A DNA stretch of 64,000 bases from Candidatus Hydrothermarchaeota archaeon (GCA_015521615.1 WANW01000059.1:802-64801); one strand, 5' to 3'; positions 42,294 to 52,519 are shown, numbered from the stretch's first letter. The notes: a model not told the origin generated them from the sequence alone. A program made the numbers and translations.

Positions 42294-42683
42294 ATGGCCA
42301 AGATTATGGTTGTTGATGATGAACCTGAGATGGTATTCCTTATTAAAAAGATTCTGGAAGAGGGGGGGCATGAGGTAGAAACTGCTTACTCAGGGCAGGA
42401 GGCGCTTGACAAGCTTGAGTCAGGCAGCAGACCGGACCTTATACTCCTCGACGTTATGATGCCTGGTTTGAATGGATGGGAGGTAAGCAGAAAAATTAAA
42501 GAGAAGGAGGATACAAAAGACATCATCGTGGCCATGCTCACGATTAAAAGTGAGGATGAGGATAAGGTAACCAGCCTTGACGAGGGCCTTGCTGATTGGC
42601 ATATCAGCAAACCTTTTAGGAATGAAGAATTGCTCCGCACCGTTAACTGGCTTTTGGAAAGGCCTATAAAAAGGGAGCAGTAG
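42294..42683 (+). CDS. Stand-alone response regulator (REC)
   Basis: VDDE, LDVMMPG, KPF. Confidence 0.9.
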   Translation: MAKIMVVDDEPEMVFLIKKILEEGGHEVETAYSGQEALDKLESGSRPDLILLDVMMPGLNGWEVSRKIKEKEDTKDIIVAMLTIKSEDEDKVTSLDEGLADWHISKPFRNEELLRTVNWLLERPIKREQ

Positions 42684-42695
42684 CGGGCGATTACC

Positions 42696-43466
42696 ATGGG
42701 TGTCTCCATTACAATATGTTCTGGAAAGGGTGGAACAGGTAAGACTACCATTTCAGCGAATCTCGGTGTTGCGCTTGCACAGTTTGGAAAGGAGGTTCTA
42801 ATTCTCGACGCAGACATAGAGATGGCAAATCTGGAACTCATTCTCGGCCTGGAGGATGTAAAAACAACCCTCCACCATGTCCTGGCCGGAGAGGCGGACA
42901 TAAGCGAGGCGATATACGAAGGTCCAGCCGGGGTAAAGGTTGTTCCTGCGGGTATATCACTGGAAACGCTTAAGAAGGCCGACCCTGACAGGCTTGATTC
43001 TGTACTGGAGGCGCTGAAACAGGTTGAAATTCTGCTGATAGATGCGCCTGCAGGGCTGGGGAGGAGTGTTCTAACAGCACTCTCTACCGCACAGGAAGCT
43101 ATACTGGTGGTGAACCCTGAGATCTCAAGCATGAGTGATGCTCTGAAAACAAAAATTATAGCAAAAAAACTGGGCACCCATGTGCTTGGCGCGGTGCTGA
43201 ACCGCACCACCTTTGATAGCAGCGACCTCACCGTAAAGGAAGTGGAGATGATTCTGGAGACACGCATCCTGGCGGTTGTGCCCGAGGACCCGGAGGTGCG
43301 AAGAAGCGCTGCCTTTGGTCAGCCCTTTGTTATCCGTGCGCCAAACTCCCAGGCTGCACAGGCAATTAAGAAGCTTGCTGCAGATCTGATAGGGGAGGAG
43401 TACATACCACCTCAGCCCAAGGAATCCTTTATGAAGCGTCTCATTAAGGGGCTGTTCGGCAGGTAG
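42696..43466 (+). CDS. minD: Archaeal MinD-family ATPase
   Basis: [27 protein letters not shown]; C-terminal amphipathic [11 protein letters not shown]. Confidence 0.9.
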   Translation: MGVSITICSGKGGTGKTTISANLGVALAQFGKEVLILDADIEMANLELILGLEDVKTTLHHVLAGEADISEAIYEGPAGVKVVPAGISLETLKKADPDRLDSVLEALKQVEILLIDAPAGLGRSVLTALSTAQEAILVVNPEISSMSDALKTKIIAKKLGTHVLGAVLNRTTFDSSDLTVKEVEMILETRILAVVPEDPEVRRSAAFGQPFVIRAPNSQAAQAIKKLAADLIGEEYIPPQPKESFMKRLIKGLFGR

Positions 43467-43504
43467 ATAGCCCTCATATATATTGTGGTGATGGTGGGCG
43501 AGTT

Positions 43505-43921
43505 ATGGATTATGAAACCTTCGACCATGAGGCAGATATAGGTATAAGGGGGTATGGGGAAACCCTGGAAGAGGCCTTTGAAAACGCAGCCAGAGCCATG
43601 TTTTCTGTTATGGTGGACCTGAGCAAGGTTAAGCCGGTGAAAAAATTTCACATAGAGGCTGAAGCGCCGGATGTGGAGGCACTGCTTGTAGAGTGGCTTA
43701 ACCAGCTTCTTGCCATCGCCGACCTGGAGGGTTACCTGTTCTCAGACTTCAGGGTTAAAATCTCAGAGGATGGCACCCACCTCGAAGGTTACGCCATGGG
43801 CGAGCCCATAGACAGGGAGAAACACGAAATAAGCGTGGAGGTGAAGGGTGCGACCTATTCCATGCTTGAAGTTGATAAAGAGGATGGAAGATATAGGGCG
43901 CAGTGCGTCGTCGACGTTTAG
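43505..43921 (+). CDS. Archease
   Basis: DH.AD.G, EVKGATY, VVDV. Confidence 0.92.
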   Translation: MDYETFDHEADIGIRGYGETLEEAFENAARAMFSVMVDLSKVKPVKKFHIEAEAPDVEALLVEWLNQLLAIADLEGYLFSDFRVKISEDGTHLEGYAMGEPIDREKHEISVEVKGATYSMLEVDKEDGRYRAQCVVDV

Positions 43922-43932
43922 AGGTGGTGGAG

Positions 43933-45363
43933 ATGGAGCTGAGGTCTCTTGAGAGGAAGAGCGAGTATGAGTGGGAGATACCCAGAACAGGGGACATGAA
44001 TGTCCCCGGTAAAATCTTTGCGTCACGCAGGCTCATTGAGGAGATGGACGACAAGGTTAAGGAGCAGATAACCAATGTCGCCTGCTTACCCGGGATTCAG
44101 AAGGCTGCACTTGCAATGCCGGATGCACACTGGGGTTACGGCTTTCCGATAGGTGGCGTTGGCGCCTTTGACCCAGAGGAGGGTGGCGTTATCTGCATGG
44201 GTGGTATAGGCTTCGACATCTCCTGCGGTGTGCGAACACTACGCACAGGGCTTAGCCTGGAGGATGTTAAGCCAAAGATTGAGCAGCTGGCGGAAGCGCT
44301 GTTTCGCAAGGTGCCGGCAGGACTCGGAAGCAAGGGTAAGCTGCATCTCAGCATGAGTGAAATTGACGATGTGCTCCGCGGAGGTGCTGTATGGGCGGTG
44401 GAGCAGGGGTACGGCTATGAGGAGGACCTGGAGTACATAGAGGAGCAGGGCAGAATGGAGGGTGCAAAGCCGGAAAATGTCTCCCACATGGCAAAGAAGA
44501 GGCAGCTCCACGAGGTGGGAACCCTGGGCTCGGGGAACCACTACCTTGAGGTACAGTATGTTAGCGAGGTTTATGATGCTGAAGCTGCAAGAGTTTACGG
44601 TCTGGAAAAGAACAGCGTGGTCATCTCGGTGCACTGTGGCTCCCGCGCTCTCGGGCACCAGATAGGCATGGACTACATAAAGGAACTCTACAAAGCTGCC
44701 AAAAAGTACGGAATCCCGATTAAGGACCGCGAGCTCGCGTGTGCCCCCATAAACTCCCCGGAAGGGGAGAAGTATTTCTCCGCCGTGGCAGCCGGGATAA
44801 ATTGCGCCCTGGCGAATCGTCAGGTTATATCTCACCTGGTGAGGCAGGTCTTCGAGGAGGTTATGCCAGAAGCGAAGGTGGAAATGCTCTATGATATAAG
44901 CCACAACACCTGCAAGGTTGAGGAGCACCTCATAGATGGAGAGCGCAGAACGCTGTATGTGCACCGCAAGGGCTCCACCCGTGCTTTAGGTCCGGGGAGA
45001 AAGGAGATCCCCCGTGCCTACCGCGACGTGGGGCAGCCCGTGTTGATAGGCGGCACCATGGGCACCTTTTCCTTTATACTCAGGGGCACAGCTGAGGGGC
45101 TTGAGAAGGCCTTTGGAAGCGCCTGCCACGGAGCTGGCAGGGCAAAGAGCAGGAGGCAGGCGAAGCGGGTATTCAGGGGAGAGCGCATTATTCAGGAGCT
45201 CAGGCAGAGGGGTATAATAATAAAAGCACATTCATATGCAGGCGTCGCCGAGGAGGCACCGGGAGCATACAAGAATGTGGAAGAGGTGGTTGACGCTGTG
45301 CACAACGCTGGCCTGGCAAAGAAAGTGGTGAAGCTGAGACCCCTTGCATGCATAAAAGGATAG
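43933..45363 (+). CDS. rtcB: RtcB RNA (tRNA-splicing) ligase
   Basis: MPDAH.GYGFPIG, DISCG, GTLGSGNHY, HN, HRKG, HGAGR, EEAP.AYK. Confidence 0.96.
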   Translation: MELRSLERKSEYEWEIPRTGDMNVPGKIFASRRLIEEMDDKVKEQITNVACLPGIQKAALAMPDAHWGYGFPIGGVGAFDPEEGGVICMGGIGFDISCGVRTLRTGLSLEDVKPKIEQLAEALFRKVPAGLGSKGKLHLSMSEIDDVLRGGAVWAVEQGYGYEEDLEYIEEQGRMEGAKPENVSHMAKKRQLHEVGTLGSGNHYLEVQYVSEVYDAEAARVYGLEKNSVVISVHCGSRALGHQIGMDYIKELYKAAKKYGIPIKDRELACAPINSPEGEKYFSAVAAGINCALANRQVISHLVRQVFEEVMPEAKVEMLYDISHNTCKVEEHLIDGERRTLYVHRKGSTRALGPGRKEIPRAYRDVGQPVLIGGTMGTFSFILRGTAEGLEKAFGSACHGAGRAKSRRQAKRVFRGERIIQELRQRGIIIKAHSYAGVAEEAPGAYKNVEEVVDAVHNAGLAKKVVKLRPLACIKG

Positions 45364-45417
45364 GTTTAAATAGCAGACGTTAATAAAGCTACAGTTACTA
45401 AAGAACGTGGTAATGAA

Positions 45418-45780
45418 ATGGCAAAAATTATTTTTGTAGATGACGAGCCTGACATAGGATTGCTCGTTACAAAGATTTTGGGAGACTTCGGGCACGATAT
45501 AAGGTGGGTATCCAGCGCAAAGGAATGCTTCGAAGCTCTTGAAGAGTATGAGCCTGACCTGGTGATAATGGATATATTTATGCCAGGTACCAATGGCGTT
45601 GAGGCGGCAAAGGAAATAAAGGCACAGCATCCAGAAATACCTGTGCTGATGTTCTCCATAATGTACATAGCCGAAGATATAGACGAGGCAATGCAACTCT
45701 CAGGTGCCGATGACTTCCTCGGCAAACCCTTTGAGAGGAAGGAGCTTCTTGAGAAGGTGGAGAGACTCCTAGAAAGCTGA
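45418..45780 (+). CDS. Stand-alone response regulator (REC)
   Basis: VDDE, MDIFMPG, KPF. Confidence 0.9.
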   Translation: MAKIIFVDDEPDIGLLVTKILGDFGHDIRWVSSAKECFEALEEYEPDLVIMDIFMPGTNGVEAAKEIKAQHPEIPVLMFSIMYIAEDIDEAMQLSGADDFLGKPFERKELLEKVERLLES

Positions 45781-45782
45781 GG

Positions 45783-47012
45783 ATGGGGGGAAGTGTGCCA
45801 GGTATAGGCGAGGCTGAGATTTTAGAGACAATTTTAACACTGTGTCTCCTGATATTCGCAGCCAAAGGTGGTGGAGAGATTGCTCAGCGCTTTGGCATTG
45901 CGGCAGTTGTTGGCGAACTCCTGGCAGGAGTGCTCCTCGCACCTACATTGCTGGGCAGCGCGGAGCTTTTTGGCCACAGGCTGGTAATTATAAACCCCAC
46001 TGTCAAGGTATTCGCCGAAATTGGAGCAATTCTCCTACTCTTCCTTATAGGGCTTGAGATGAAGTTCGCAGATTTCAGGAGAACCGGTATAACAGCTGTG
46101 GGCGTGGCACTGGGAGGTATATTTTTCCCCTTTATCCTGGGATACTACTTTGTGCTGCTTGCAGGTGGCACAGCCCAGGAGGCAATGCTTATAGCCGCCG
46201 CTCTCACCGCAACGAGCATCGCAATAACCGCAAAGACGCTCTATGATATGGGTAAAGATAGAACCCTTGAAAGCAAAATAATAATCAGCGCAGCTGTGTT
46301 TGACGATGTTCTGGGACTGGTGGTGCTTGCAGTGGTGCTTGCGGTGATTCAGAGCGGTGGTATAACCCTTGGTGACACCGCCATAATCGCCGGCAAGGCC
46401 ATAGGCGTGTGGATACTTCTGACCCTCACCGGGATTTTTATCTTCTCACGAATAGTTACAACGACTGCACCATTTATAAAGACAAAGGGCAGCCTTGAGG
46501 CCCTAGCGGTGGCCTCATGCTTTGGCTTCGCCTATATTGCGGGTATCGCAGGCCTGGCACCAATTCTTGGGGCTTTCGCCGCCGGCATGGCCATAGCCGA
46601 GACAAATCTTATCAAGAGCATTCACAGGTTCATAGAGAAGGTGAATTTTATGATGGCTCCACTGTTTTTTACAGTTATAGGCACGCAGGTTGACCTGACA
46701 TCACTCAACGTAACCTCTCTGGGATTTGTAATTATGCTATTTTTAATAGCGGTGTTCAGCAAGGTTGTGGGCTGCGGTTTGCCGGTATTTCTCTCCACCA
46801 GAAGGCTCAGGTGTTCTGCAATTGTTGGCGTTGCCATGGTCTCACGGGGAGAGGTGGGACTCATAATCGCCGGTATAGGTGCCACCTCGGGCATTCTATC
46901 TCCAGAGGTCTTCTCGGCTGCTGTGCTTGTAATACTCGCAACCACAGTACTTGCCCCGGTAGCCCTTAAAAGACTTTTCGCAACCACAGATAACCTTCAT
47001 ATCAGGACATAA
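45783..47012 (+). CDS. CPA2 cation:proton antiporter
   Basis: GELLAG, LLF.IGLE, ATS.AI, AAVFDD, M.SRGEV. Confidence 0.9.
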   Translation: MGGSVPGIGEAEILETILTLCLLIFAAKGGGEIAQRFGIAAVVGELLAGVLLAPTLLGSAELFGHRLVIINPTVKVFAEIGAILLLFLIGLEMKFADFRRTGITAVGVALGGIFFPFILGYYFVLLAGGTAQEAMLIAAALTATSIAITAKTLYDMGKDRTLESKIIISAAVFDDVLGLVVLAVVLAVIQSGGITLGDTAIIAGKAIGVWILLTLTGIFIFSRIVTTTAPFIKTKGSLEALAVASCFGFAYIAGIAGLAPILGAFAAGMAIAETNLIKSIHRFIEKVNFMMAPLFFTVIGTQVDLTSLNVTSLGFVIMLFLIAVFSKVVGCGLPVFLSTRRLRCSAIVGVAMVSRGEVGLIIAGIGATSGILSPEVFSAAVLVILATTVLAPVALKRLFATTDNLHIRT

Positions 47013-47099
47013 TCCCAAAATTATTTATACTCGAAGCTCTCTTTGGGTTTATTGTAATTGTGTCCAAACTGTGCACAGTTGCAGGCAGGTGGTATTGAT

Positions 47100-48011
47100 A
47101 TGGAGGAGTACGATATCATCGTCATTGGAGGTGGGCCTGCAGGCCTGAGTGCTGGATTGTATGCTGCCCGTGCCAATAAACGCACACTGATTCTTGACAA
47201 GCCCGGAGAGGGTGCCCTCAAGAAGGTTGAAGTTCTGGATAATTATCTTGGTTTTCCTGATGGGATAACCGGGAAGGAGCTGCTTGAGCTGGGCAGACGC
47301 CAGGTGGAGCGCTTCGGCGCAAAAATCCTGGAGGAGGAGGCGATAGCAATTAAGCCCGGTGAGGATGGTCGCTATATCGTTGAAACCGCAGAGGCGAGCT
47401 ATTCCTGCGAAGGGATTATTATCGCCACCGGCGTAAAGCACGAGAAGCCCAGGGTTAAAAATCTGGAGAAGTTCGAGGGACGGGGCGTAAGTTACTGCGT
47501 GACCTGCGATGGCTTCTTTTTCCGCGATGCCCGTGTGGGTGTGCTCGGCAACCGCGACTACGCGGCCAAGGAGGCTGTTGAGCTTTTGAATTACACAAAC
47601 AAGATAACCATTTTCACCAACGGAAAGGAGCTTGAAGTAAGGGAATCACTGAAAAAGAAGCTGGAAGAAAATGGCATTGGGGTGGTTAAGGAGGAGATCG
47701 AAGAGCTTGTTGGCGAGGAGACACTTGCAGGGGTAAAGCTGAAGAGCGGCGAACTTCATGAGCTTCGTGGTTTGTTCGTCGCCGTGGGTACGAGCGGTGC
47801 CACCGACTTTGCGCGCACCCTGGGCATAGCGGTGGAGGGCTCGGCTATAGTGGTGGACAGGAACCAGAGCACCGGCATACCCCGAGTTTATGCTGCCGGT
47901 GACTGCACAGGTGGCAACCGTCAGGTGGCTGTTGCAGTGGGCGAGGGCGCAAATGCAGCGATCAACCTGATAAGTGAACTAAAAGGTACAAAGCATGTGG
48001 ATTACCATTAG
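47100..48011 (+). CDS. trxB: Thioredoxin reductase-like FAD oxidoreductase
   Basis: GGGPAG, GRGVSYCVTCDG, YAAGD. Confidence 0.88.
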   Translation: MEEYDIIVIGGGPAGLSAGLYAARANKRTLILDKPGEGALKKVEVLDNYLGFPDGITGKELLELGRRQVERFGAKILEEEAIAIKPGEDGRYIVETAEASYSCEGIIIATGVKHEKPRVKNLEKFEGRGVSYCVTCDGFFFRDARVGVLGNRDYAAKEAVELLNYTNKITIFTNGKELEVRESLKKKLEENGIGVVKEEIEELVGEETLAGVKLKSGELHELRGLFVAVGTSGATDFARTLGIAVEGSAIVVDRNQSTGIPRVYAAGDCTGGNRQVAVAVGEGANAAINLISELKGTKHVDYH

Positions 48012-48023
48012 GGGGTAAGGCAG

Positions 48024-48386
48024 ATGAAAAACCTTCCAGATCTCAAAACCCCCTTCCGGGAGATGTCTGTAATAGATATTATGCGCTGCATGTTCGGCCT
48101 GAAGAGCTTTGAGACCGAGATCTACCTGGAGCTGGTGAACAAGGGCTCACTCACAGTTAATGACCTCGTCGCAAAGTTCGGCAAGGATAGAAGCACAATA
48201 CAGCGGGCACTTCAGAACCTTACTATTGCTGGCCTTATATACCGGGAGCAGAAGAACATCAAGAATGGTGGCTACTACTATGTCTACCACGCCGCACCCT
48301 TCGATGAAATAAAGGACACAATGAAGGCAAGCATCCTAAAGTGGTGCGAAGCTGTTATAAAATGGATTGACGAGCTCAATCCCTAG
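48024..48386 (+). CDS. TrmB-like HTH transcriptional regulator (COG3355-like)
   Basis: C.FGL, DRSTIQRAL..L, GGYYYVY. Confidence 0.85.
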   Translation: MKNLPDLKTPFREMSVIDIMRCMFGLKSFETEIYLELVNKGSLTVNDLVAKFGKDRSTIQRALQNLTIAGLIYREQKNIKNGGYYYVYHAAPFDEIKDTMKASILKWCEAVIKWIDELNP

Positions 48387-48613
48387 TAATCCGCCGCAAC
48401 CAGAGTTTTTGTGGAGGTAACCTCTGGTATTGACCTTATCCTGTCCACCGTCTGATTCAGCTCTCTGAGGGACTCTGCCTCTATTATTGCTATGAAGTCA
48501 TACTCCCCGAAAAGCTGCATCGCCTCCCTCACGCCTTTAACCTGAGGCAGTTTTTTTCTAACCTGCGCTTCTCCGCCCACCTCCACTCGAATGAGGCAGA
48601 TACCCTTGACCAT
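48383..48613 (-). CDS. Stand-alone Lrp/AsnC ligand-binding (RAM) domain protein
   Basis: LFGEYDFIA, IRSIPEV.ST.TL; ATG 48613. Confidence 0.85.
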   Translation of the reverse strand: MVKGICLIRVEVGGEAQVRKKLPQVKGVREAMQLFGEYDFIAIIEAESLRELNQTVDRIRSIPEVTSTKTLVAADY

Positions 48614-48697
48614 AGCAAGATATTGATTCAGGATATTAAAAATTTTATGATAGGATTGGCTTACAACGGCATTTCTCTGCGATATTTGGGTGGTTAC

Positions 48698-49078
48698 ATG
48701 AGGGTTGAGGAGATAATGACCAGAGAGCTGGTGTATGTTAATCCGGATACCAGTGTGGTGGAAGCCGCGAAGCGGATGAAAAGTGCAAATATACATGCTG
48801 TACTTGTACTGCAGGAGGGGAGGCTTGTGGGAATAGTTGTAGACAGAGACCTGGTTCTCAAGGTACTGGCAGAGGAGCGCAATCCCAATGAAACCATGAT
48901 CAAAGAGATAATGACAGAGAACCCAATTACTGTGGAACCGGAGACTGATGTTATAGAGGCAGCAAGACTCATGAAGGAGCACCGAGTTTCCCGTCTGCCT
49001 GTTGTAGAGCAGGACGGCAGGGTTGTGGGCATCGTTTCTGAGGTCGACTTCCCCACAATTATCAGCAAACTGGAGTGA
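48698..49078 (+). CDS. CBS-domain protein
   Basis: Tandem CBS: V.EIMT, LVGIV..RD, RLPVV, VGIVS. Confidence 0.88.
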   Translation: MRVEEIMTRELVYVNPDTSVVEAAKRMKSANIHAVLVLQEGRLVGIVVDRDLVLKVLAEERNPNETMIKEIMTENPITVEPETDVIEAARLMKEHRVSRLPVVEQDGRVVGIVSEVDFPTIISKLE

Positions 49079-49097
49079 ACCAAAATTTTATTAAGGA

Positions 49098-49406
49098 GTG
49101 GTAAAATTTTCGCTCATGGATCTGAGCAAACTGCCCTTCGACATCAAGAGCATTAAGCCGGGAGAATTTGCATACCTCACAAAGAGGAAGCTGAAAAACA
49201 GAGAGGGCGAGGAGAAGGGGGAGATAATTCTCTGGAAGCGCAGGGAAAGCGAGGAGAGCGAGTTTGTGCTTCACTGCCCCTTCTGTGGTGAGGAGAACAC
49301 AGGCAAAGTTGTGCTCAAGCGGAGACCCTACCGCGTGCGCTGCCCCAGCTGCAACCGCAGCATAGCCCTGCCCAAGCTAGCTGACCAAGCAAAAAGAGAG
49401 GGTTAG
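49098..49406 (+). CDS. Small Zn-ribbon protein
   Basis: CPFC...CPSC. Confidence 0.7.
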   Translation: MVKFSLMDLSKLPFDIKSIKPGEFAYLTKRKLKNREGEEKGEIILWKRRESEESEFVLHCPFCGEENTGKVVLKRRPYRVRCPSCNRSIALPKLADQAKREG

Positions 49407-50092
49407 CATGTGATTTTCTCACACGCCTGCGCGATAGAGCAGTGTTCACAGGCCGCACCACTGTTGCGGCCCGGTCTAACCTCGCCCCTGAGTATACCCA
49501 CCGCCCTGTTAAGTATGGGCAAAAAGGTTCTGACACTGTAAATTTTAGGCTGCGAAGCAAAAAGCACCTCTCCCGTTAAGCGATGCCTCTCAATAACCAT
49601 GTACTTTACCTCCAGGTGGGAGAACACCCTGCCCAGCCAGTGTGTAACCCTTCCAAAGGCATACCCCGCCAAACCTGCCTTTAAAGCATGGCAGTAGCCC
49701 GCGAGCTGGTACTCATGGCTCTTTCTTAGCTTCCCGAGGCTGCGAAGGACAAACTTCTCTTCCATTACCAGAGCCTCGCTACCGCGCTTCACGAGCCTGT
49801 CCACCTGGCCGCGAAAGGAGTAACCATCATGAACAAATACCACCCTGAGTACCTCCCTGGGAAGCACAATCACGCTCGCAGAGTCGCTCAGCTTCTCCTT
49901 AAGAGCAGGGATTTCATCACTTTCGAATCGCTTTGCTTTGTCAAGCTTTCTCAAAACCGAGTGCTGCCTTGCTCCGGCGCACATTGCCCTGCTCGGCGCA
50001 GGTTTAACTCCCAGCACCTGCGTAATGTAGAAGTAGCGCTCGCAGTATCCCAGCGAAGCTAAGGCGCTGATGGGCACACTTCTGCATGGCAT
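49403..50092 (-). CDS. Solo Cas4-like PD-(D/E)xK nuclease
   Basis: N-terminal YCER, G...H, GQVD, EEK, QLAGY, C-terminal CEHC.....C (Fe-S staple). Confidence 0.75.
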   Translation of the reverse strand: MPCRSVPISALASLGYCERYFYITQVLGVKPAPSRAMCAGARQHSVLRKLDKAKRFESDEIPALKEKLSDSASVIVLPREVLRVVFVHDGYSFRGQVDRLVKRGSEALVMEEKFVLRSLGKLRKSHEYQLAGYCHALKAGLAGYAFGRVTHWLGRVFSHLEVKYMVIERHRLTGEVLFASQPKIYSVRTFLPILNRAVGILRGEVRPGRNSGAACEHCSIAQACEKITC

Positions 50093-50147
50093 GCATATTG
50101 ATAAGAAGCAGGAGTATTATTATCAGCGCTAGAGCGCAGGAAAAGTG

Positions 50148-51422
50148 CTAGAGCCCAAAAATCTCAGACAGAGTTTTTCCCGCCTTAATCTCAGCCTTAT
50201 ATCTGCGCTCTTTCTCAGCCACTTCTTTCGCCTTCGCCAGCACTTGCCGTGCAAGTTCCTTTGGCACAACAACCACGCCCACGTCGTCAGCAACGATTAT
50301 ATCTCCCGGGCTGACCTTCTGTCCGCCGCAGGCTATGCTCACCTGAAGCTCACCATGACCATGCGGTTCGCCTGCATTGGGCACAACACTTCGCGCCCAC
50401 ACCGGAAAGCCCAGTCTTACTATATCATCGCTGTCTCTTACTGCTCCATCTATCACAACGCCCTTAATTCCACGCTGCATCGCACTGAGTGTCGCCAGCT
50501 CACCCCACACGGCGATCTCCACACCCTGGGCATCGACGACAATTATATCGCCAGCTTCTGCGAGATCAACAGCCTTCACAACCTTGCCCCAGTCTCCCCC
50601 AAGGGTCCTCACTGTAAACGCCCTGCCAGCAATCCTCCTGCCCTTAACAATGGGCCTTAAACCACGCATTGCACCAAAACGCTTCATGGCGTCGCTTATA
50701 AAGGGCGTCGGAAGAGCCTCAAAACCCTTAACAATCTCCTCATAGCTGAGCTCCCTCTCCGGCTCGGGCTTTGCAGCGGCCACTCCTGCAAGCGAGCAGA
50801 GCTCCCGCGTTGTGGCAACCACGTCCTTCGCCTTTGTTATAGCGCTCCCAACGACAAATATCTCTGCCCCAGCCTGCTTAAGTATGGGGAGCGTCTCCTT
50901 ATTTATGCCCCCGGCCACTGCTATCGGCAGGCCAACGCTCTGCTTTATCCTTCGCAACTCCTCCAGCGAGGTGTTCACCTTTTCCAGCTTCACCTTCTGG
51001 ATATCCTTGGGTGTGTGAATCAAAAGATAGTCAACGCCAAGTTTTTCCAGTTCTCTTGCCCTGCGAAGCTTATCTTCAACGCCTATGAGGTCAGCCATTA
51101 TCTTAACCCCATGGGCTCTGGCAGAGTTGACCGCGCGCTTTATTGTGAAGTCGCTGGCTACGCCCAGAACAGCCACCACATCGGCACCGTTCTTTGCCGC
51201 CATCTCCACCTCCAGGTCGCCTGTATCCATGGTTTTCATGTCAGCGACAATCACACAGTGCGGGAAGCTCGCCTTAAGCCTCTTTACCGCAAGCATGCCA
51301 TGGTTTTTTATCAGCGGCGTCCCGGCTTCGAGCCAGTCCGCACCTCCGCGAACAGCCTCACCTGCGATGGTCAGCGCATCTTCAATACTGAGCAGATCCA
51401 GAGCAACCTGAAGGTGGGGCAT
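50148..51422 (-). CDS. 3-hexulose-6-phosphate synthase fused to an RraA/HMG-aldolase domain
   Basis: LQVALD, EAGTPLIK, DMKT.DTG, VAGG; C-terminal SDAM, WGEL, DGAVRD, PGDIIVAD. Confidence 0.88.
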   Translation of the reverse strand: MPHLQVALDLLSIEDALTIAGEAVRGGADWLEAGTPLIKNHGMLAVKRLKASFPHCVIVADMKTMDTGDLEVEMAAKNGADVVAVLGVASDFTIKRAVNSARAHGVKIMADLIGVEDKLRRARELEKLGVDYLLIHTPKDIQKVKLEKVNTSLEELRRIKQSVGLPIAVAGGINKETLPILKQAGAEIFVVGSAITKAKDVVATTRELCSLAGVAAAKPEPERELSYEEIVKGFEALPTPFISDAMKRFGAMRGLRPIVKGRRIAGRAFTVRTLGGDWGKVVKAVDLAEAGDIIVVDAQGVEIAVWGELATLSAMQRGIKGVVIDGAVRDSDDIVRLGFPVWARSVVPNAGEPHGHGELQVSIACGGQKVSPGDIIVADDVGVVVVPKELARQVLAKAKEVAEKERRYKAEIKAGKTLSEIFGL

Positions 51423-51506
51423 GTTATTTAATTTGCCCGGGCGGGATAAATAAATTTGCATCCAGTCAAGCTAAATTTTATATACGCCAGTGCCCAGAGT
51501 GAGAGC

Positions 51507-51992
51507 ATGCCCCTCAGCCTGTTAGAGAGGATAGCACAGGCGATTTACTTCTTCCTGCCAGCGTACGTCGCAAACACACTGCCCGGAATCTTCGGCGGGG
51601 GCACGCCCCTCGACTTTGGAAAAAAATTTGTTGATGGCCGTCGCCTGCTTGGCGATGGTGTGACGATTCGCGGCACCGCCGTTGGAATTGCCGGTGGCAG
51701 CCTTGTGGGTGCAATGCAGGGCGACCTTCTGCTCGGCTTTGCCCTGTCCTTCGGCGCTCTGGCTGGGGATGCGGTGAGCAGCTTCCTCAAGCGCCGCATG
51801 GGCTTTGAGAGGGGCGCACCTGTACCACTGCTCGACCAGCTCAACTTTGTGGTCGGAGCTCTGCTGCTGGCAAGCCTTCTTACAGAGATACCACGCGACT
51901 ATGTGATAATACTCTTCCTGATAACACCCTTCGGGCACCTAACAGTCAACCGCCTTGGATACCATCTGAAGATTAAGGATGTGCCGTGGTGA
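51507..51992 (+). CDS. carS: CDP-archaeol synthase
   Basis: PAYVAN, P.D.G..F.DGRR.LGDG.T, GD..SF.KRR, DQL, K.VPW. Confidence 0.9.
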   Translation: MPLSLLERIAQAIYFFLPAYVANTLPGIFGGGTPLDFGKKFVDGRRLLGDGVTIRGTAVGIAGGSLVGAMQGDLLLGFALSFGALAGDAVSSFLKRRMGFERGAPVPLLDQLNFVVGALLLASLLTEIPRDYVIILFLITPFGHLTVNRLGYHLKIKDVPW

Positions 51993-51996
51993 GGCT

Positions 51997-52509
51997 ATGA
52001 GTAAACTCGCAGAGCTTCTTGCTAAGTATGCGGTAATGCGGGGCGACTTTGTGCTCGCCTCCGGCAAGAGGAGCAGCTACTACATAAACATTAAAAAGGC
52101 ATACACAAGGCCAGAGGTGCTCCGCGAAATAGTCGCAGAGATGGAGAAGAAGCTCAGCAGCCTCGACTATGACTACCTCGCCGGCGTTGCTGTTGGTGCC
52201 GTGCCAATAGTGGCGTGCACCGCCCTTGCTGTTGACAAGCCTTTCCTTATAGTGAGGAAGGAAAAGAAGGGCTATGGCACAGGAGCCAAGATTGAAGGAG
52301 AGTGGGAGAAGGGCAAACGTGTTGTGCTCCTCGAGGATGTTACGACCACCGGGGGGAGCGTAATCAGTGCAGCCACTGCTCTAAGAGGCGAAGGATTAAT
52401 ATGTAAGGACGTGATAGTAGTGGTTGACCGCGAAGAGGGCGCCGAAGAGGCTTTGAGGCAGGCGGATCTCAGGCTTCTCCCGCTGCTGAGGGTTTCTCAA
52501 CTGTTATGA
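51997..52509 (+). CDS. pyrE: Orotate phosphoribosyltransferase
   Basis: GDF.LASG..S.YY, RKE.KGYG, LEDVTTTGGS, VDR.EG. Confidence 0.93.
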   Translation: MSKLAELLAKYAVMRGDFVLASGKRSSYYINIKKAYTRPEVLREIVAEMEKKLSSLDYDYLAGVAVGAVPIVACTALAVDKPFLIVRKEKKGYGTGAKIEGEWEKGKRVVLLEDVTTTGGSVISAATALRGEGLICKDVIVVVDREEGAEEALRQADLRLLPLLRVSQLL

Positions 52510-52519
52510 GGTGCGTAGC

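Noticed and set aside
42386-43267. Long antisense ORFs (e.g. 293 aa here, 275 aa in lysS, 261 aa in cooS, many in the ribosomal operon)
   Set aside because: Shadow frames of well-conserved genes with no recognisable motifs
49000-50200. CRISPR array near the Cas4-like gene
   Set aside because: No regularly spaced direct repeats were seen here or anywhere else in the window
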